Positions 25,201 to 35,496 of a stretch of DNA of 64,000 nt are shown in pieces; position 1 is the stretch's first letter, and each line of letters opens with the position of its first letter. This stretch comes from Felis catus (taxonomy: Eukaryota). The notes under the pieces were generated by a model. The model was not told the origin of the DNA. It made no database searches and saw only the letters and a program-made list of their open reading frames with translations. The position numbers and the translations under genes were made by a program. The stretch spans positions 15,564,001-15,628,000 of the forward strand of contig NC_058369.1 in the NCBI RefSeq assembly GCF_018350175.1, given 5' to 3'.

Positions 25201-28200
25201 AAGTTTGCAAAAGCACTGTGTCTGATTTGATTTGAAACCTAATGTGTGGTCCTAAAGGGACTGTAGATACTTGGTTTCCCTGAGGAGAAGACGAGGGAGA
25301 GGCGTAAAATAACTTTGGTGTCTGTGTTCCTGCACACTCGACTGCCTTCCTGAGAGCACACGAGCCCGAGGGAGGGTGGAGGGTCTCTAGTTCCAGGAAG
25401 ATTCTACTCCCATTTACGCTGGGGGGTTGCGGGAGGCACACCTGACATGTGGAAGGCAGGGTATGTTTTTGACACTTGTCCCCTTTGTGACTCCTCTGTT
25501 CACCAGACTTAGCTGGGGCTTCTCTGGGGTCTCCTCCAGCGGGCAGAGGGTCCCGGAATGGAGGGGGCTGGCACCTCCCTCACCTGTCAGGGCCATCGCC
25601 TCGCTTCTTCAGCTCTTGTGACCTGACAGTTTGGCGACTTGGGCAGTTGGGGTCCCACCGCCTAAGTAATGATGTTTTGCTAGAGAAAGATACTTTGTGT
25701 GTTAGATTGCAGAAGAGTCTTACTTACCCTTTTTCAAGCGAAGACCCCCGCCGGTCGAGCAGAATTCTCGCCTGATGGTCTCTCTCTCTCTCCGTTTGCC
25801 TTTCCAGTTGCCTATTATCATGGTTGTTGCCTTCTCGATGTGCATTATCTGTTTGCTGATGGCTGGTGAGTCTGCCCTTATTTCACATTCTTGCATTAAC
25901 TTCTGAGAACGTGGGGCTTCCTTGTACGGCATCTTGAGATTGTGAGTCTGCTCAGCCCTTGATGTCCCCTGCTGGGTTCAGTGAGCCGAGCGAGCAGCTG
26001 TGACTGGTCCTTACATGTGAGGAAAAACACATACTCACTTTTACTGATAATTGGTGTTGATTTATTTAAGATTTTAAAATATTTTTCTTTTTTTTTTTTT
26101 TAAGTTTATTTTGAGAGAGAGAGTGAGCAAGTGCACACATGTGTACGTGCGAGCGGGGGAGGGGCAGAGAGAGGGAGAGAGAATCCGAAGCAGGCTCCAG
26201 GCTCTGAGCGTCAGCACAGAGCCGGATGCAGGGCTCGAACTCACAAACTGTGAGATCATGACCTGAGCTCAAGTTGGACGCTTGATTGACTGATCCACCC
26301 GGGTGCCCCTGATGTTTTAATCTTCATAACTGTGTGTGATTTTTTTTCACAAGTGAAATATTATACATTTTTTGTAACCTTTTTTTTTTTTTCACTGAGC
26401 AATGTAAACATTTCCCTGCATTCTTTATTTTTTTGTTGTTTTTTTATTTAAAAAAAATTTTTTTTTTAATGTTTGTTTATTTTTGAGACAGAGACAGAGC
26501 ATGAACGGGGGAGGAGCAGAGAGAGAGGGAGACACAGAATCGGAAGCAGGCTCCAGGCTCCGAGTCATCAGCCCAGAGCCCGACACGGGGCTCGAACTCA
26601 CGGACTGCGAGATCGTGACCTGAGCTGAAGTCGGACGCTTAACCGACTGAGCCACCCAGGCGCCCCCTGCATTCTTTATTTTTAATGGCTGCATTAAAAT
26701 CCATTTATGAGGGCGCCCTGGCGGCTCAGCCGGTTGAGTGTCTGACTCTTGATTTTGGCTCAGGTCGTAATCCCAGCGTCGTGGGATTGAGCCCCACGTT
26801 GGGCTCAGCACGGGGCGTGGAGCCTGTGTAAGATTCTCTCCCTGCTCGCACTCTGTCTCTGCCTAAAATTAAAAGGGAGGGAGGAAGGAAGGAAAAGAAA
26901 CCCATTTGTGGGTATGTAGTTTATTTAAACAACCACCTATTAGTAGACAAATAAATGTTAATAATTAATACACTATCACTAAATTTTATCACATGGTGAG
27001 CAGAATTCCCCAAGAACTTGGGCTTAGGCATCTTTGCTGTTTTTCTCTTCTCTCATTATTTTCCTGTGTCACTGAAGCTGATGAGCACTTGGGACTAAAG
27101 TGTCTCCGTCGAGGGTGGTGCGGTGCTGTGGCAGTTGGAGGCCGGGACTCGGTTGCACTGGGCTCTCGGCGGCTCTGGAGGCGGGCCTCCTCCGGCCTTC
27201 CCCCTCCGTCCGGGTCTGCGGGCCGGCTTGCCGGGACGCCGCCTGGACGTCCCCTCCTCACCGCCGTCTCAGATCACGGCAGAAGTCTGTGAGCTGAGGA
27301 CCCTTACCCGCCAGCCCCCTTACACGCACGCGCACACCTTCTTGCTGGCGTGGTCCCTGTAATCCCCTCGGTGTTCGGCACCGTGGATGGTCCCGACGTG
27401 GGGGAGGGAGCCCCTCTTGTTACTCTAGGGCAGGGGTTAGCGAGCGTATTCTGTAAGAGCGAGATAGCGAATAGTTTAGACTTCCCAAACTACATGGGGT
27501 CTCTTTAAAAATGTAAAAACCGTTCTCGTTCACGGCACGAAACGGGCTGCGGGCTCCAGGGCACAGGGAGTGCCGTGCGGCATAACTGGGCTCCCGTGTC
27601 CGGTTCAGGGGCAGGAAGGACGAGGCCGGGGTCGGCCAGCAAGTGCGTCCCACGAGTCCTCAGATGCCCACACTCTTCACTCCCTACGTGCTGGCTTTAA
27701 AGCACCGCCTCGCGGATGCCCCTTTCCGGGAGCCAGTCAGTCCGCTGTTGAATTCGTTTTGTTGCTTTGATCTGTTCTGTGTCTTCTTGCCTCTACACCC
27801 GCGTGTCCCCGTAGAACCTCAGGGAGCTCGGCCTGCACAGACGGACAGGTCCTTTGGGGAATGTCCCGAGGCGGGCTCGGGAGGACCTGCCTTTCTTCTT
27901 TGTCCAAGAAGAATGTTCAAACTCAGGGGGGTGAAAATTAGCAAGTGTATCAGTTTGCGCCTGTTTTTGAGTAAAAAGAGACTGCCGCTACGGTCGGCAA
28001 CGACTCCAGGCAGTTCATCGCTATAAAATCGTGGGTTGGTGCACCTGGGTGGCTCGGTCGGTTAAGCGTCCGACTTCGGCTCGGGTCATGATCTCGCGGT
28101 CCGTGGGTTCGAGCCCCGTGTCGGGCTTTGTGCTGACAGCTCAGAGCCTGGAGCCTGTTTCGGATTCTGTGTCTCCCTCTCTCTGACCCTCTCCCGTTTA

Positions 28201-29256
28201 TGCTCTGTCTCTCTCTGTCTCAAAAATAAATAAACGTTAAAAAAAAAAAAATTTAAGTCGTGGGCATTGTGTCTAGGTGGGACGGCGTCTGGTTTCTAGC
28301 CCATGAATGGGAAGTAAGTGAGCAGGACCCCTGACCGCTCACTAGGGGCCTGCGTTTCTTCCCTGGCGCCCTCTCCCTGTCCCTCGGCCTGCGCCCGCGC
28401 CTCCCCGCCCGCAGGTGCCGACGGTCCTATTGCAGGGAAGAAACGGCACCAGGTTCAGGTCCTCAAGTTGGAGAACACACAGTAGGTCTTTTCCCACTGC
28501 TGCCAACCTTCGTGAACTCTATGCGTTGTACCAGGAGAGTTGTGTGAAATACGTCCTTAACGTGATACTGCGGAGTTTTGCTTTATACGCTTTGACACGC
28601 AACTTTTCTGAAGCATGTATGTGTTTGTGAGGTTACTTTTCGTGCAGGTGTTTTGATTGTAGCGAATGTATTAGTAATGGCCTCTTGTGATATAAAGTAT
28701 ATAATCTAAAAGGGATAATTATTTGCGTGATGTAACACGGAATAGTTTAGCCAGGTGCTTCTTCTCAAGGTGTGGCTCCTGGACCAGCGGCATCGGTGTT
28801 ATCTGGGAGCTTGTTAGAAATGCAGATTCTTGGGCCCTGGCCCAGACCTGCTGAGTCGGAATCGCGGTTGGGCCCAGCAGCTGATGCCTTACGGGGCCCC
28901 GGCCGGGACTCTGATGCCAGCCAGAGTTCGAGAACCGCCGGTTCAAACCTTAGTTGAGAGGCTCTTGTATTTTTCCCGTAGATGTGCTCATAAACTTTAA
29001 TGTTGTCGAGACTGAACTTTTAATGTTTAAGCATCAGACTTAAATGTTGCTAAACAGCTGAAACTAGATGTGCGATCAGTAACATGGCTTTTATTTATCA
29101 ACTCTGTTTGTATCAACAGGTGACACTTGGACAGAAACACTGGCCTATGTGCTCTTCTGGGGAGTCGCAAGCATTGGAACATTTTTTATTATTCTTTATA
29201 ATGGCAAAGATTTTGTCGATGCTCCCAGATTGGTCCAGAAAGAAAAGATGGACTGA
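90..29256 (+). CDS. SACM1L: SAC1-like phosphatidylinositide phosphatase, 5'-partial, 14 spliced exons (406 aa + stop in window)
   Basis: Exons joined by hand give 1221 nt in one frame, from [12 protein letters not shown] to [12 protein letters not shown]. Includes the CX5RT motif CMDCLDRT and two C-terminal hydrophobic segments; matches recalled mammalian SAC1. Confidence 0.98.
698..903 (-). mobile_element. Can-SINE (older, diverged)
   Basis: Reverse of tRNA-derived head, (CT)n block and A tail. Confidence 0.85.
1520..2430 (-). mobile_element. L2 LINE relic
   Basis: Contains gagatgtaaattt...ggcatttaaa...gatgagctcatc, resembling the recalled L2a consensus; edges approximate. Confidence 0.6.
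3597..3730 (+). mobile_element. Can-SINE, 3'-truncated
   Basis: ggggtgcctgggtg...ctcaggtcgtgagctc...ggagcctgct. Confidence 0.8.
5541..5642 (+). CDS. SACM1L: SACM1L exon 8 (102 nt) [33 protein letters not shown](G)
   Basis: AAG acceptor after TTTCTTAAT branch motif; GTGAGG donor; SAC-domain RRS..RAG.RY motif. Confidence 0.96.
6887..7006 (+). mobile_element. Short Can-SINE lacking the CT block
   Basis: tRNA-like A/B boxes followed by gtgtagagattact and A-rich tail. Confidence 0.8.
7170..7378 (-). mobile_element. Feline Can-SINE
   Basis: Full-length reverse copy. Confidence 0.9.
7693..7778 (+). CDS. SACM1L: SACM1L exon 9 (86 nt) [28 protein letters not shown]
   Basis: ttcag acceptor; ANFVETEQ motif; donor CAG|GCAAGT (GC-AG intron). 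Confidence 0.95.
8593..8679 (+). CDS. SACM1L: SACM1L exon 10 (87 nt) [29 protein letters not shown]
   Basis: Pyrimidine tract + TAG; RGS.P.FW.Q motif; GTGAGT donor. Confidence 0.96.
9175..9243 (+). CDS. SACM1L: SACM1L exon 11 (69 nt) [23 protein letters not shown]
   Basis: ctag acceptor, GTATGT donor; start of ORF-track entry 9175..9432. Confidence 0.96.
9300..14620 (-). mobile_element. Old L1 (L1M-type), decayed, with SINEs nested at ~10117-10345, ~12398-12610 and ~14138-14352
   Basis: L1 3' UTR-like end near 9300; ORF2 remnants such as FSDHGGMKL...NTWKLNS (10967-11164); many stops and frameshifts; right edge uncertain. Confidence 0.75.
10117..10345 (-). mobile_element. Young feline Can-SINE with TSD TGCTCACTTTT
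   Basis: Near-consensus CpG-rich body; TSD at 10110-10120 and 10346-10356. Confidence 0.93.
14671..14750 (+). CDS. SACM1L: SACM1L exon 12 (80 nt) [26 protein letters not shown](R)
   Basis: ttttacag acceptor, AG|GTACCT donor, frame continuity. Confidence 0.95.
14810..15208 (-). mobile_element. MER44/Tigger7-like TcMar DNA transposon relic
   Basis: Right end ggaaagtgaaaccgtggatgaggggagactgctg followed by TA resembles the recalled MER44 terminus. Confidence 0.7.
16078..16279 (-). mobile_element. Can-SINE
   Basis: Reverse copy, internally deleted. Confidence 0.85.
16991..17167 (+). mobile_element. 5'-truncated Can-SINE preceded by a (TA/CA) microsatellite
   Basis: Begins mid-head; long (CT)n and AATAAA tail. 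Confidence 0.85.
17556..18059 (-). mobile_element. Two tandem feline Can-SINEs (17556-17818, 17820-18059)
   Basis: Two full reverse copies inside one outer TSD AAAAYGATGTATTT. Confidence 0.9.
19176..19250 (+). repeat. Compound microsatellite (GT)n(GA)n
   Basis: Directly visible. Confidence 0.97.
19366..19464 (+). CDS. SACM1L: SACM1L exon 13 (99 nt) [32 protein letters not shown](S)
   Basis: ggcag acceptor, GTAAGC donor, FDFH motif. Confidence 0.96.
21371..21509 (+). CDS. SACM1L: SACM1L exon 14 (139 nt), catalytic exon: [46 protein letters not shown]
   Basis: CX5R(T) P-loop CMDCLDRT at 21435-21458; tag acceptor, GTGCAA donor. Confidence 0.97.
21936..22190 (-). mobile_element. Young feline Can-SINE with TSD TGGTGTGTTATTTT; a short SINE also lies at ~21710-21809
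   Basis: Near-consensus body with flanking direct repeat. Confidence 0.9.
23587..23656 (+). CDS. SACM1L: SACM1L exon 15 (70 nt) [23 protein letters not shown](A)
   Basis: ttccag acceptor, GTAGGT donor, frame continuity. Confidence 0.95.
23778..23850 (+). CDS. SACM1L: SACM1L exon 16 (73 nt) [23 protein letters not shown](R)
   Basis: cacag acceptor; QYAGTGALK motif; donor CAG|GCAAGC (GC-AG intron). Confidence 0.94.
24318..24753 (-). mobile_element. Two adjacent Can-SINEs
   Basis: Two reverse copies; GGGATGATTT repeated around the second. Confidence 0.88.
24875..24968 (+). CDS. SACM1L: SACM1L exon 17 (94 nt) [31 protein letters not shown]
   Basis: ccag acceptor, GTAAGT donor, RYY.NNF.DG.RQ motif. 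Confidence 0.96.
25086..25178 (+). CDS. SACM1L: SACM1L exon 18 (93 nt) [31 protein letters not shown]
   Basis: tctag acceptor, GTAAGA donor. Confidence 0.96.
25808..25865 (+). CDS. SACM1L: SACM1L exon 19 (58 nt), first TM segment [19 protein letters not shown](G)
   Basis: ttccag acceptor, GTGAGT donor, hydrophobic helix. Confidence 0.96.
26083..26873. mobile_element. Can-SINE cluster: 26083-26309 (-), 26426-26666 (-), 26711-26873 (+)
   Basis: Three recognisable copies; TSD CTGCATTCTTTATTTT around the middle one. Confidence 0.88.
27430..27560. mobile_element. MER58-like hAT relic
   Basis: caggggttagc...ctgtaagagc.agatag...tttaaaaatgtaaaaacc resembles recalled MER58. Confidence 0.6.
28038..28252 (+). 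mobile_element. Feline Can-SINE, sense to SACM1L, with AATAAATAAA tail
   Basis: Full-length forward copy. Confidence 0.92.
28753..28941. mobile_element. MER5A-like hAT relic
   Basis: ctgggagcttgttagaaatgcagattctt...cccagacctgctgagtc core. Confidence 0.8.
29120..29256 (+). CDS. SACM1L: SACM1L last exon, coding part: [44 protein letters not shown]
   Basis: aacag acceptor; second TM segment; TGA at 29254-29256; KxKxx-COOH dilysine motif. Confidence 0.97.
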
Positions 29257-30963
29257 ATTTGTGTCTGTGGAAAGCGGCTCGGCTTAGAAGATTCCGTCAT
29301 GCAGAACTGGAGTCTTTACTGACCCGCTTTCCACATCAGCCCGAGGTCCTTTTAAAGCCTCTCTCCAGAAGCACAGCTGTGCTCCGTGTGGGGGGAGGGG
29401 GGGTGACCTAGAATCAGCCTGACGTTCCTGCCTCGGCGACCTCTTCACTACTGGGATGGCTCTGTTTATAATTTGAAGCTCTTCTGTAATTAAAGGGTGA
29501 CCCGCATTCAGCTCCTGGAATGGAAGGAATCTATTCCTTGTCGATTCGATCAACTTTTGCAGGATAAGTAATATATTTAAGAAATCTAGCTTCTTTCGTT
29601 ATTTAAAATGGTAAAATTATTTTTCTAGCTCAGTTTCCTTATGGTCGTTGTAGAGGCCGTTGCTGTTAGCAAGCGGACTTCGCCACACCTCTTTGGACTT
29701 TCTTCAGAGTTTGAGCATCCGCTAGCTCGACTGTTGGTGCAGAGCACGTCTTTCGCAGCCGTCGCGCAGTTTGACGGAACAGCCTGAGACTTCAAGGAGT
29801 CGGGTCTGGCGTTCTTCTGAAGTTTCAGTTGGGCTGTCCTCTGAGTTCAGCTTGCACTTGCGTATGAAGAAGAAGTCCAGATAGTACTTTATCTTTTGTT
29901 AAAGGTGTAAATGAAATCAAAGAATGTAAAGCCTGTGTCTTACGCTAAAGGTCCAAAGCCGCCTCTGTTTTCAGGATTTGCCTCCGTGTGGAGGATACCC
30001 CTCGACTGGCCAGCGGTCCCTCCCGGGCGTGCTGGTTTCTTTGGGGGTCGTTCGTCGAGACACGCAGGCCTCCGAGAGGCGCTCGTGCTGGACTTGGGGT
30101 TGCCCTTGGAGGCCGCAGCTGCTTCCCACGCATGGCACCACCCGCGCTCTCCTCTCCGTCAAGGTTTTGTTAGCTCCCGATCAATAAGTGTGTCTGCAGT
30201 GTTGCGCTTCTGGTAGTTACGTTAGCGTTCTCCAAATCAAGGACCAACTTCAGTGTTAATTTTTGTGCAAAAACGAACCTGAAAAATCTGCTTTAGAAGC
30301 TGTGCATAGTTCTAATTATAAGTTGGACTGTGTATTCAAACTGTAATTATGAGGTTTAAATATTAGAAAAGTACGTAGGGTAGTATAATCGCCACTATTT
30401 TAAGGCAGTTCAATTAAATACGGCTACGGTATTTGTGTTGTGCTTGAAAATATATACAGTTTATTTCAATTTCAATAGTAATACCTTATGTTGTCCTTAA
30501 ATATCTCTCAAAGCGCCTTGATTTCAACATGAATTTTTTCCCCCCGTTATCTTTTATAAACGTTAATAAGAGACGTTGCTTCTAGAAACTCTGAAAGAGA
30601 TAATAGCTGGACACCCTCTGTAGCTTAAAACTCAGTCACTAAAATTCACAGTAGGGCAAGTCATTCTTAGAACTACCTATTCCTGACACGTACATAAGCG
30701 TAATCTGTTCCAAAGACGGAATGTGTGAAACTTGGTTCGTGTCTACTGTGCTCCATGACTCGAGTGCTACCGGGCATTTCACGGGAAGGACTTCCTCCCA
30801 CGACCACAGCAGAGACCACCTGAGAGCCGCCGGTGCCCACGGACTGATGCTGGTGCGTCCGATCTGAAGGCGTCCGTGTTCCAGAAGCCTGCGGCGATTG
30901 CATTTCTGAATCCGTGTACTGTGCACCCGTACGTGAAAATAAACGTCCTGTTCTTTTCTACCA
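29257..30963 (+). other. SACM1L: Probable SACM1L 3' UTR (~1.7 kb)
   Basis: SINE-free stretch from stop to first AATAAA (30938); AU-rich block ~30200-30640; upstream ATTAAA at 29489 and 30413. Confidence 0.65.
30938..30943 (+). terminator. Probable SACM1L polyadenylation signal AATAAA
   Basis: First canonical hexamer after the stop by manual scan, followed by CA and GT/T-rich sequence. Confidence 0.65.
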
Positions 30964-31020
30964 CCGTTGCTGTCGTTCCCACACTTGGTCTCGAGAGGGG
31001 TGTTCTTTTTTACCGGAGAA

Positions 31021-31267
31021 TTTTTTTTTTTTTAATATATTTTTGTTTAACGTTTATTTATTTTTGAGACAGAGAGAGAGAGAGAGAGAGAGAGACAGAA
31101 CATGAACGGGGGAGGGGCAGAGAGAGAGGGAGACACAGAATCGGAAACAGGCTCCAGGCTCCGAGCCATCAGCCCAGAGCCCGACGCGGGGCTCGAACCC
31201 ACGGACCGCGAGATCGTGACCTGAGCTGAAGTCGGACGCCCAGCCGACTGAGCCACCCAGGCGCCCC
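31021..31267 (-). mobile_element. Young feline Can-SINE with TSD TACCGGAGAATTTTT
   Basis: TSD at 31011-31025 and 31268-31282. Confidence 0.93.
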
Positions 31268-31442
31268 TACCGGAGAATTTTTAAATCATGCCAGGCAGCA
31301 TGTGCTTGGGCTTCATAGAAAATCGGGACAGTGCAAGTGAGCAAGAAAATTAATGGCTTCTGAAATCTGGCTTTTCAGTGATCGCTTGAGAAATTGTGCT
31401 CCTCCTTTATTTTTTAGTTACAGATAAAAACAGGGAAACATT

Positions 31443-31644
31443 GGGGCACCTGGGTGGTTCAGTCAGTCGAGCGTCTGATCTGGGCTCAGGTTATGAACCC
31501 GTGGCTGGTGAGTTCGAGCCCCACGTCGGGCTCTGTGCCGACAGCTCGGCGCCTGGAGCCTGCGTGGGATTCTGTGTCTCCCTCTCTCTCTGCCCCTCCC
31601 CCGCGTGTGCTCTCTCAAAAATGAATAAATGTTTAAAAAAAAAA
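31443..31644 (+). mobile_element. Can-SINE
   Basis: Forward copy with CT block and A tail. Confidence 0.88.
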
Positions 31645-32474
31645 CAAAGAGGGAAATAATTTAGTAACGTATGATGTCCGTAAAAAGGTGTTCCCTGCCC
31701 GCCCCCCCCACCTCTTGAGTTGTGGTCTGTTTTTCAAAATGATATCAGGTCTCAGCTGGGAAGTAGGACTGTGTTGCTTATTAGAAAGTGGTCTCTGGGG
31801 CTGGGGATGTGTCTGAATGAGGCGGGAAACGCCTCGGCGCCTAGGAGGCCCTTGCGCACGGGAGCGAGGCAGGAGTCCCTGGAGATGGTGTGTGGGTACG
31901 CCGTCCCCCTCTGAACCGAGCAGAGCTGCCTCAGGCTGCGCCAGGCCGTCCCTGGGGTCGGCTCTCTGCGTGGGCTACCGCGGCCCCTGCCCCGCACATA
32001 CGGGTGAAGACAGCTGTCCCTGTGGCTTCCTGCAAAGGGGCTTTCGAGAATCTCTCCCACCCGTTCCCCGTGACCTTGTGTCCTTCCCGGAGAGCCCAGC
32101 CGGTGTTTCGTGCCTGGTAATCTCTAGCTCCTTCCTTCCGGGGGGCGAAGAAAAAGGGTATGCTTCTGATTGTACTTCAGTACGAGAGAGATCTCGTAGT
32201 GTGTGACCCAAGGAATCTGTGCTCTGTCTTATTTGTAGCTACAGAATGACAAGCGTTGTCCCATTCGGGATTCAGGGACCACGGGTGGGGGTGGGGAGAG
32301 GCAGGGAAGATCCCCAAAGTTATGTGATGCAGACTCCTCAGTCCTGATGGAATGGGATTTACTTTTGGTATCAAGATTGGAATTGGAGGTGTGCCCAACC
32401 CAGAGCCTGGATAAGAGGGCAAGAAGAATGTAGGGGTGTGTGTACAGAGGGGTGGCTTAACAGCCTTTTAAAAA

Positions 32475-32633
32475 AATGTTTATTTTTGAGAGAGAGAGAG
32501 ACACAGAATCCAAAGCAGGCTCCAGGCTCTGAGCTGTCAGCACAGAGCCTGACGCGGGCCTCGAACCCACGAACCAGGAGATCATGACCCAAGCCGAAGT
32601 CAGGCTCAACGGACGGAGCCACCCAGGCGGCCT
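32475..32633 (-). mobile_element. Can-SINE
   Basis: Reverse copy. Confidence 0.85.
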
Positions 32634-33529
32634 GGGGAAGCGACTTAAACAAATTAGCGTCTTGGGGTTTTATCATCCAAGGGTCCTGATGTCAGAAGAA
32701 AGCATCCTAATACAGATAAGTTATGGTAGGTGTTTAAAATCTGCTCCTTGGGAGGCTCTCCCGACATGGCAGCCTGGCCCATCAAAGCCAGCAAGACCGA
32801 AGTGCCAGGCTTCCGTGACCTAACCTCGGACGTCCTGTCTGCCGGATTCTCTGCAGCAGTTCTGGCGAGCTCATTCTGCAGAGCAGACCAGCGCCCTGAG
32901 TGGCACAGCACCCGGGTGACATGGGCTTTGCTCACAAGACCCTGCGGTTCGGGCAGGGCCTCGTAGGCATCCCTCATCTCTGCTGGGTAGCCCCTGGGGC
33001 CCGCAGTCGGCTCTCACCTGGGAGGAGGGGAGGGGAGAGAGGAGCTAGGAGGTGGAGGGAGGAGGGTGCAAAGATGTCCCCGTCGTCCCTGCTCCCCGTA
33101 GCTCCCGTCCGCCTTCCCTCGGTCAGTAGGAGAATCACGAGCCATGAAGGTACAAGGTAACACGGAATTGTTCTCTAAACTGGCTGTGCCATTTCGAGGC
33201 CTAGTGGCTCCCGTGGCTACCAGTGCTCGGGAAGCCCGACTTCCTGACTTTTTAATCCACCGGGTATACAACGGCATCCCATTCTGGCATCTCTCCGATC
33301 ACCGGTGAGACAGGAGCATCTTTTCATAATTCTTTGTTGGGTCGTTGCTGTTCCTGTTCTGCGCCTTGTTGGGGTCTCTTGCCGGCTGCTGTTAGGTTGT
33401 TTGTCCTTACTGATTTGTGGACGTTCTTTATATTCTAGAGAGTAGTTCTTTGTTGGTTTTGCGTGCTACACACTTACGTCTTCTCCCGGCAGCTCATGCA
33501 GGGAGGGCCCCCGTGTTCACCCCTCAGTG

Positions 33530-33960
33530 GGGTTCTGGTTGCTCTTTGAAAACCATCTAAGCTCCTTGCCTGGCCCACAAGGTCTTTCTGACCAGACCCT
33601 GCTCACTCCCACCCCCGATCACTCTCCCCATCACAACCACAGGCCTCCTTCCTGCCCTTTCCCACCTCCGGGCCTTTGCACACGCCGTTGCCTCCTCCCG
33701 GACAGACATTCGGTCCGCAAAGCTCCTCAACCACCGGACTGATGCACTGTCCCTGCCACACCGCCACTTGACCCATGTATTGGCTTCTTAGAAACGGTCA
33801 CCATCTGTAGTCCTCTCGTTTGTTACCTTCACTGTGACTCTCCCCACCCCCACCCCCCAGAATGTAAGTGCCATAAAGTCCAGGGACTGTGTCTGTCCTG
33901 TTCAGCACTGTCCCCAGCACCTGCCTCCGGACTGACTTGTACGATCTCAATAAAGGCTGA
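33530..33960 (+). mobile_element. L2 3' end relic
   Basis: gggcctttgcac...agaatgtaag...agggactgtgtctgt...ctcaataaa pattern. Confidence 0.7.
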
Positions 33961-34045
33961 TCCTGTCCACGTGGGCAATAGAAGAGAAGTGATTCCCATG
34001 TCAGAGGCCGGTCGAGACATTCTGGTTAAGAATTTCCTATTTGTC

Positions 34046-34538
34046 GGGGCACCTGGGCAGCGCAGTCAGTTAGCATTCAACTCTTGATTTCGGCTCAGGC
34101 CATGATCTCACGGTCCACAGGCTTGAGGCCCACGAGGGGCTCTGAGCCGACAGTGCGGAGCCTGCGTGGGATTCTCTCTCTCCCTCTCTCCGCCCCTCCC
34201 CACTCACGAGCTTTCTCTCAAACTTTAAAAAAAAAAAAAAAAAGAATTTCCCATTCGTCAATGATGTTTTTTTTTCTGCAGCAATTTAGAAGGGCTCATA
34301 CCCTGTTTTAAACCCATCGAATTAGACCTTTATAATTTTTCTCTTTTTTTTCTTAATTTTTTTTATAGTTTATTTTTTGAGGGGGGCGGGGGGTTGGGGA
34401 GAGAGAGAATCCCAAGCAGGCTCTACACTGTCAGCGAAGAGCCCAGTGTGGGGCTTGAACTCAGGAACCGTGAGGTCATGACCTGAGCCGAAACCAAGAG
34501 TCAGGCGGCGCTTAACTGACTGAGCCACCCAGGCGCCC
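34046..34538. mobile_element. Tail-to-tail Can-SINE pair 34046-34243 (+) and 34345-34538 (-)
   Basis: Two recognisable copies in opposite orientation. Confidence 0.85.
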
Positions 34539-34671
34539 TTTTCTGATTTTTCTTACGGACTCTAACCATCGCCTCCCGTGAGGGTCACACTGCGTCAGTG
34601 TGGCTTCTCTGGCTGCCTGAGGAGGGAAACGTGGGGAAGGTGACAGAAACGAGAGACTGGGTAGATTCTCT

Positions 34672-34677
34672 TTTATT
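34672..34677 (-). terminator. Probable SLC6A20 polyadenylation signal AATAAA
   Basis: TTTATT on +; followed on minus strand by CA and GT/T-rich GTCTCTCGTTTCTGT. Confidence 0.55.
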
Positions 34678-35286
34678 TGCCATGTTTTCAAAATTAACTC
34701 ATCTATTTACATAATGTGGGCATATCTCGTGTTACGAGAGGGGGCTCAAAACTGCAGCCAGTACGTGACAAAAACCTACAGAGACACTTGTCAAAGGTTT
34801 TATCTATGACAACAATTGCTGAGCACCCAACCATCTCCCTCCCTGATTTCTTAGAGCTAAGTCAAGGACCGTTAATGTCTGCAGCATAAATAGAAAACTC
34901 TCTGGAGTCCGTGATCTGGCCACGACGTCGTGGTGACTGTTACGTGGATGAGGGTGGCACATCCCTTTCTCTCTCCAGCCTAATGGGGGAAGGTGGACAG
35001 GTGTCAGATGACCACTTTGGTGCAGCACCAACAAAGAATTTTTTTGAGACACGACTCATTCCTGGTTCAAGAGGACTATTGAAGAGTGCTCTGTTCTTCA
35101 TGAAGTTCACAGAAACCAGAATAAAACCGAATGGGAGACCTGAGGCATTCTCACCTGGAGCACATTATTCTAGAACACCGTGACCTCATCCGTCCGACTT
35201 CCGTGAGCAAGCATTATTCTGTAGAAGTGGCTTTTCCATGCCATTGGAAGTGCACGAAAATGCTTTCAAACGTTTAAAGGTCACTT

Positions 35287-35496
35287 AAAAAAAATTTTGT
35301 TAACATTTACTGTTGAGAGAGAAAGAGTGTGAGTGGGGGAGGGGCGGAAAGAGAGGGAGACACAGAATCCGAAGCAGGCTCCACGCTCCGAGCCGTCAGC
35401 GCACGGAGCCTGACGCGGGGCTTGAACTCACGAACCGTGAGATCGTGACCTGAGGTGAAGTCAGACGCTTAACCGACTGAGCCACGCAGGCGCCCC
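35287..35496 (-). mobile_element. Can-SINE in the putative SLC6A20 3' UTR (sense), TSD TAAAGGTCACTT
   Basis: TSD at 35275-35286 and 35497-35508. Confidence 0.9.

Noticed and set aside
30672..30679. ACTACCTA (miR-196-type 8mer) in the SACM1L 3' UTR
   Set aside because: A single seed match cannot be told from chance without conservation data.
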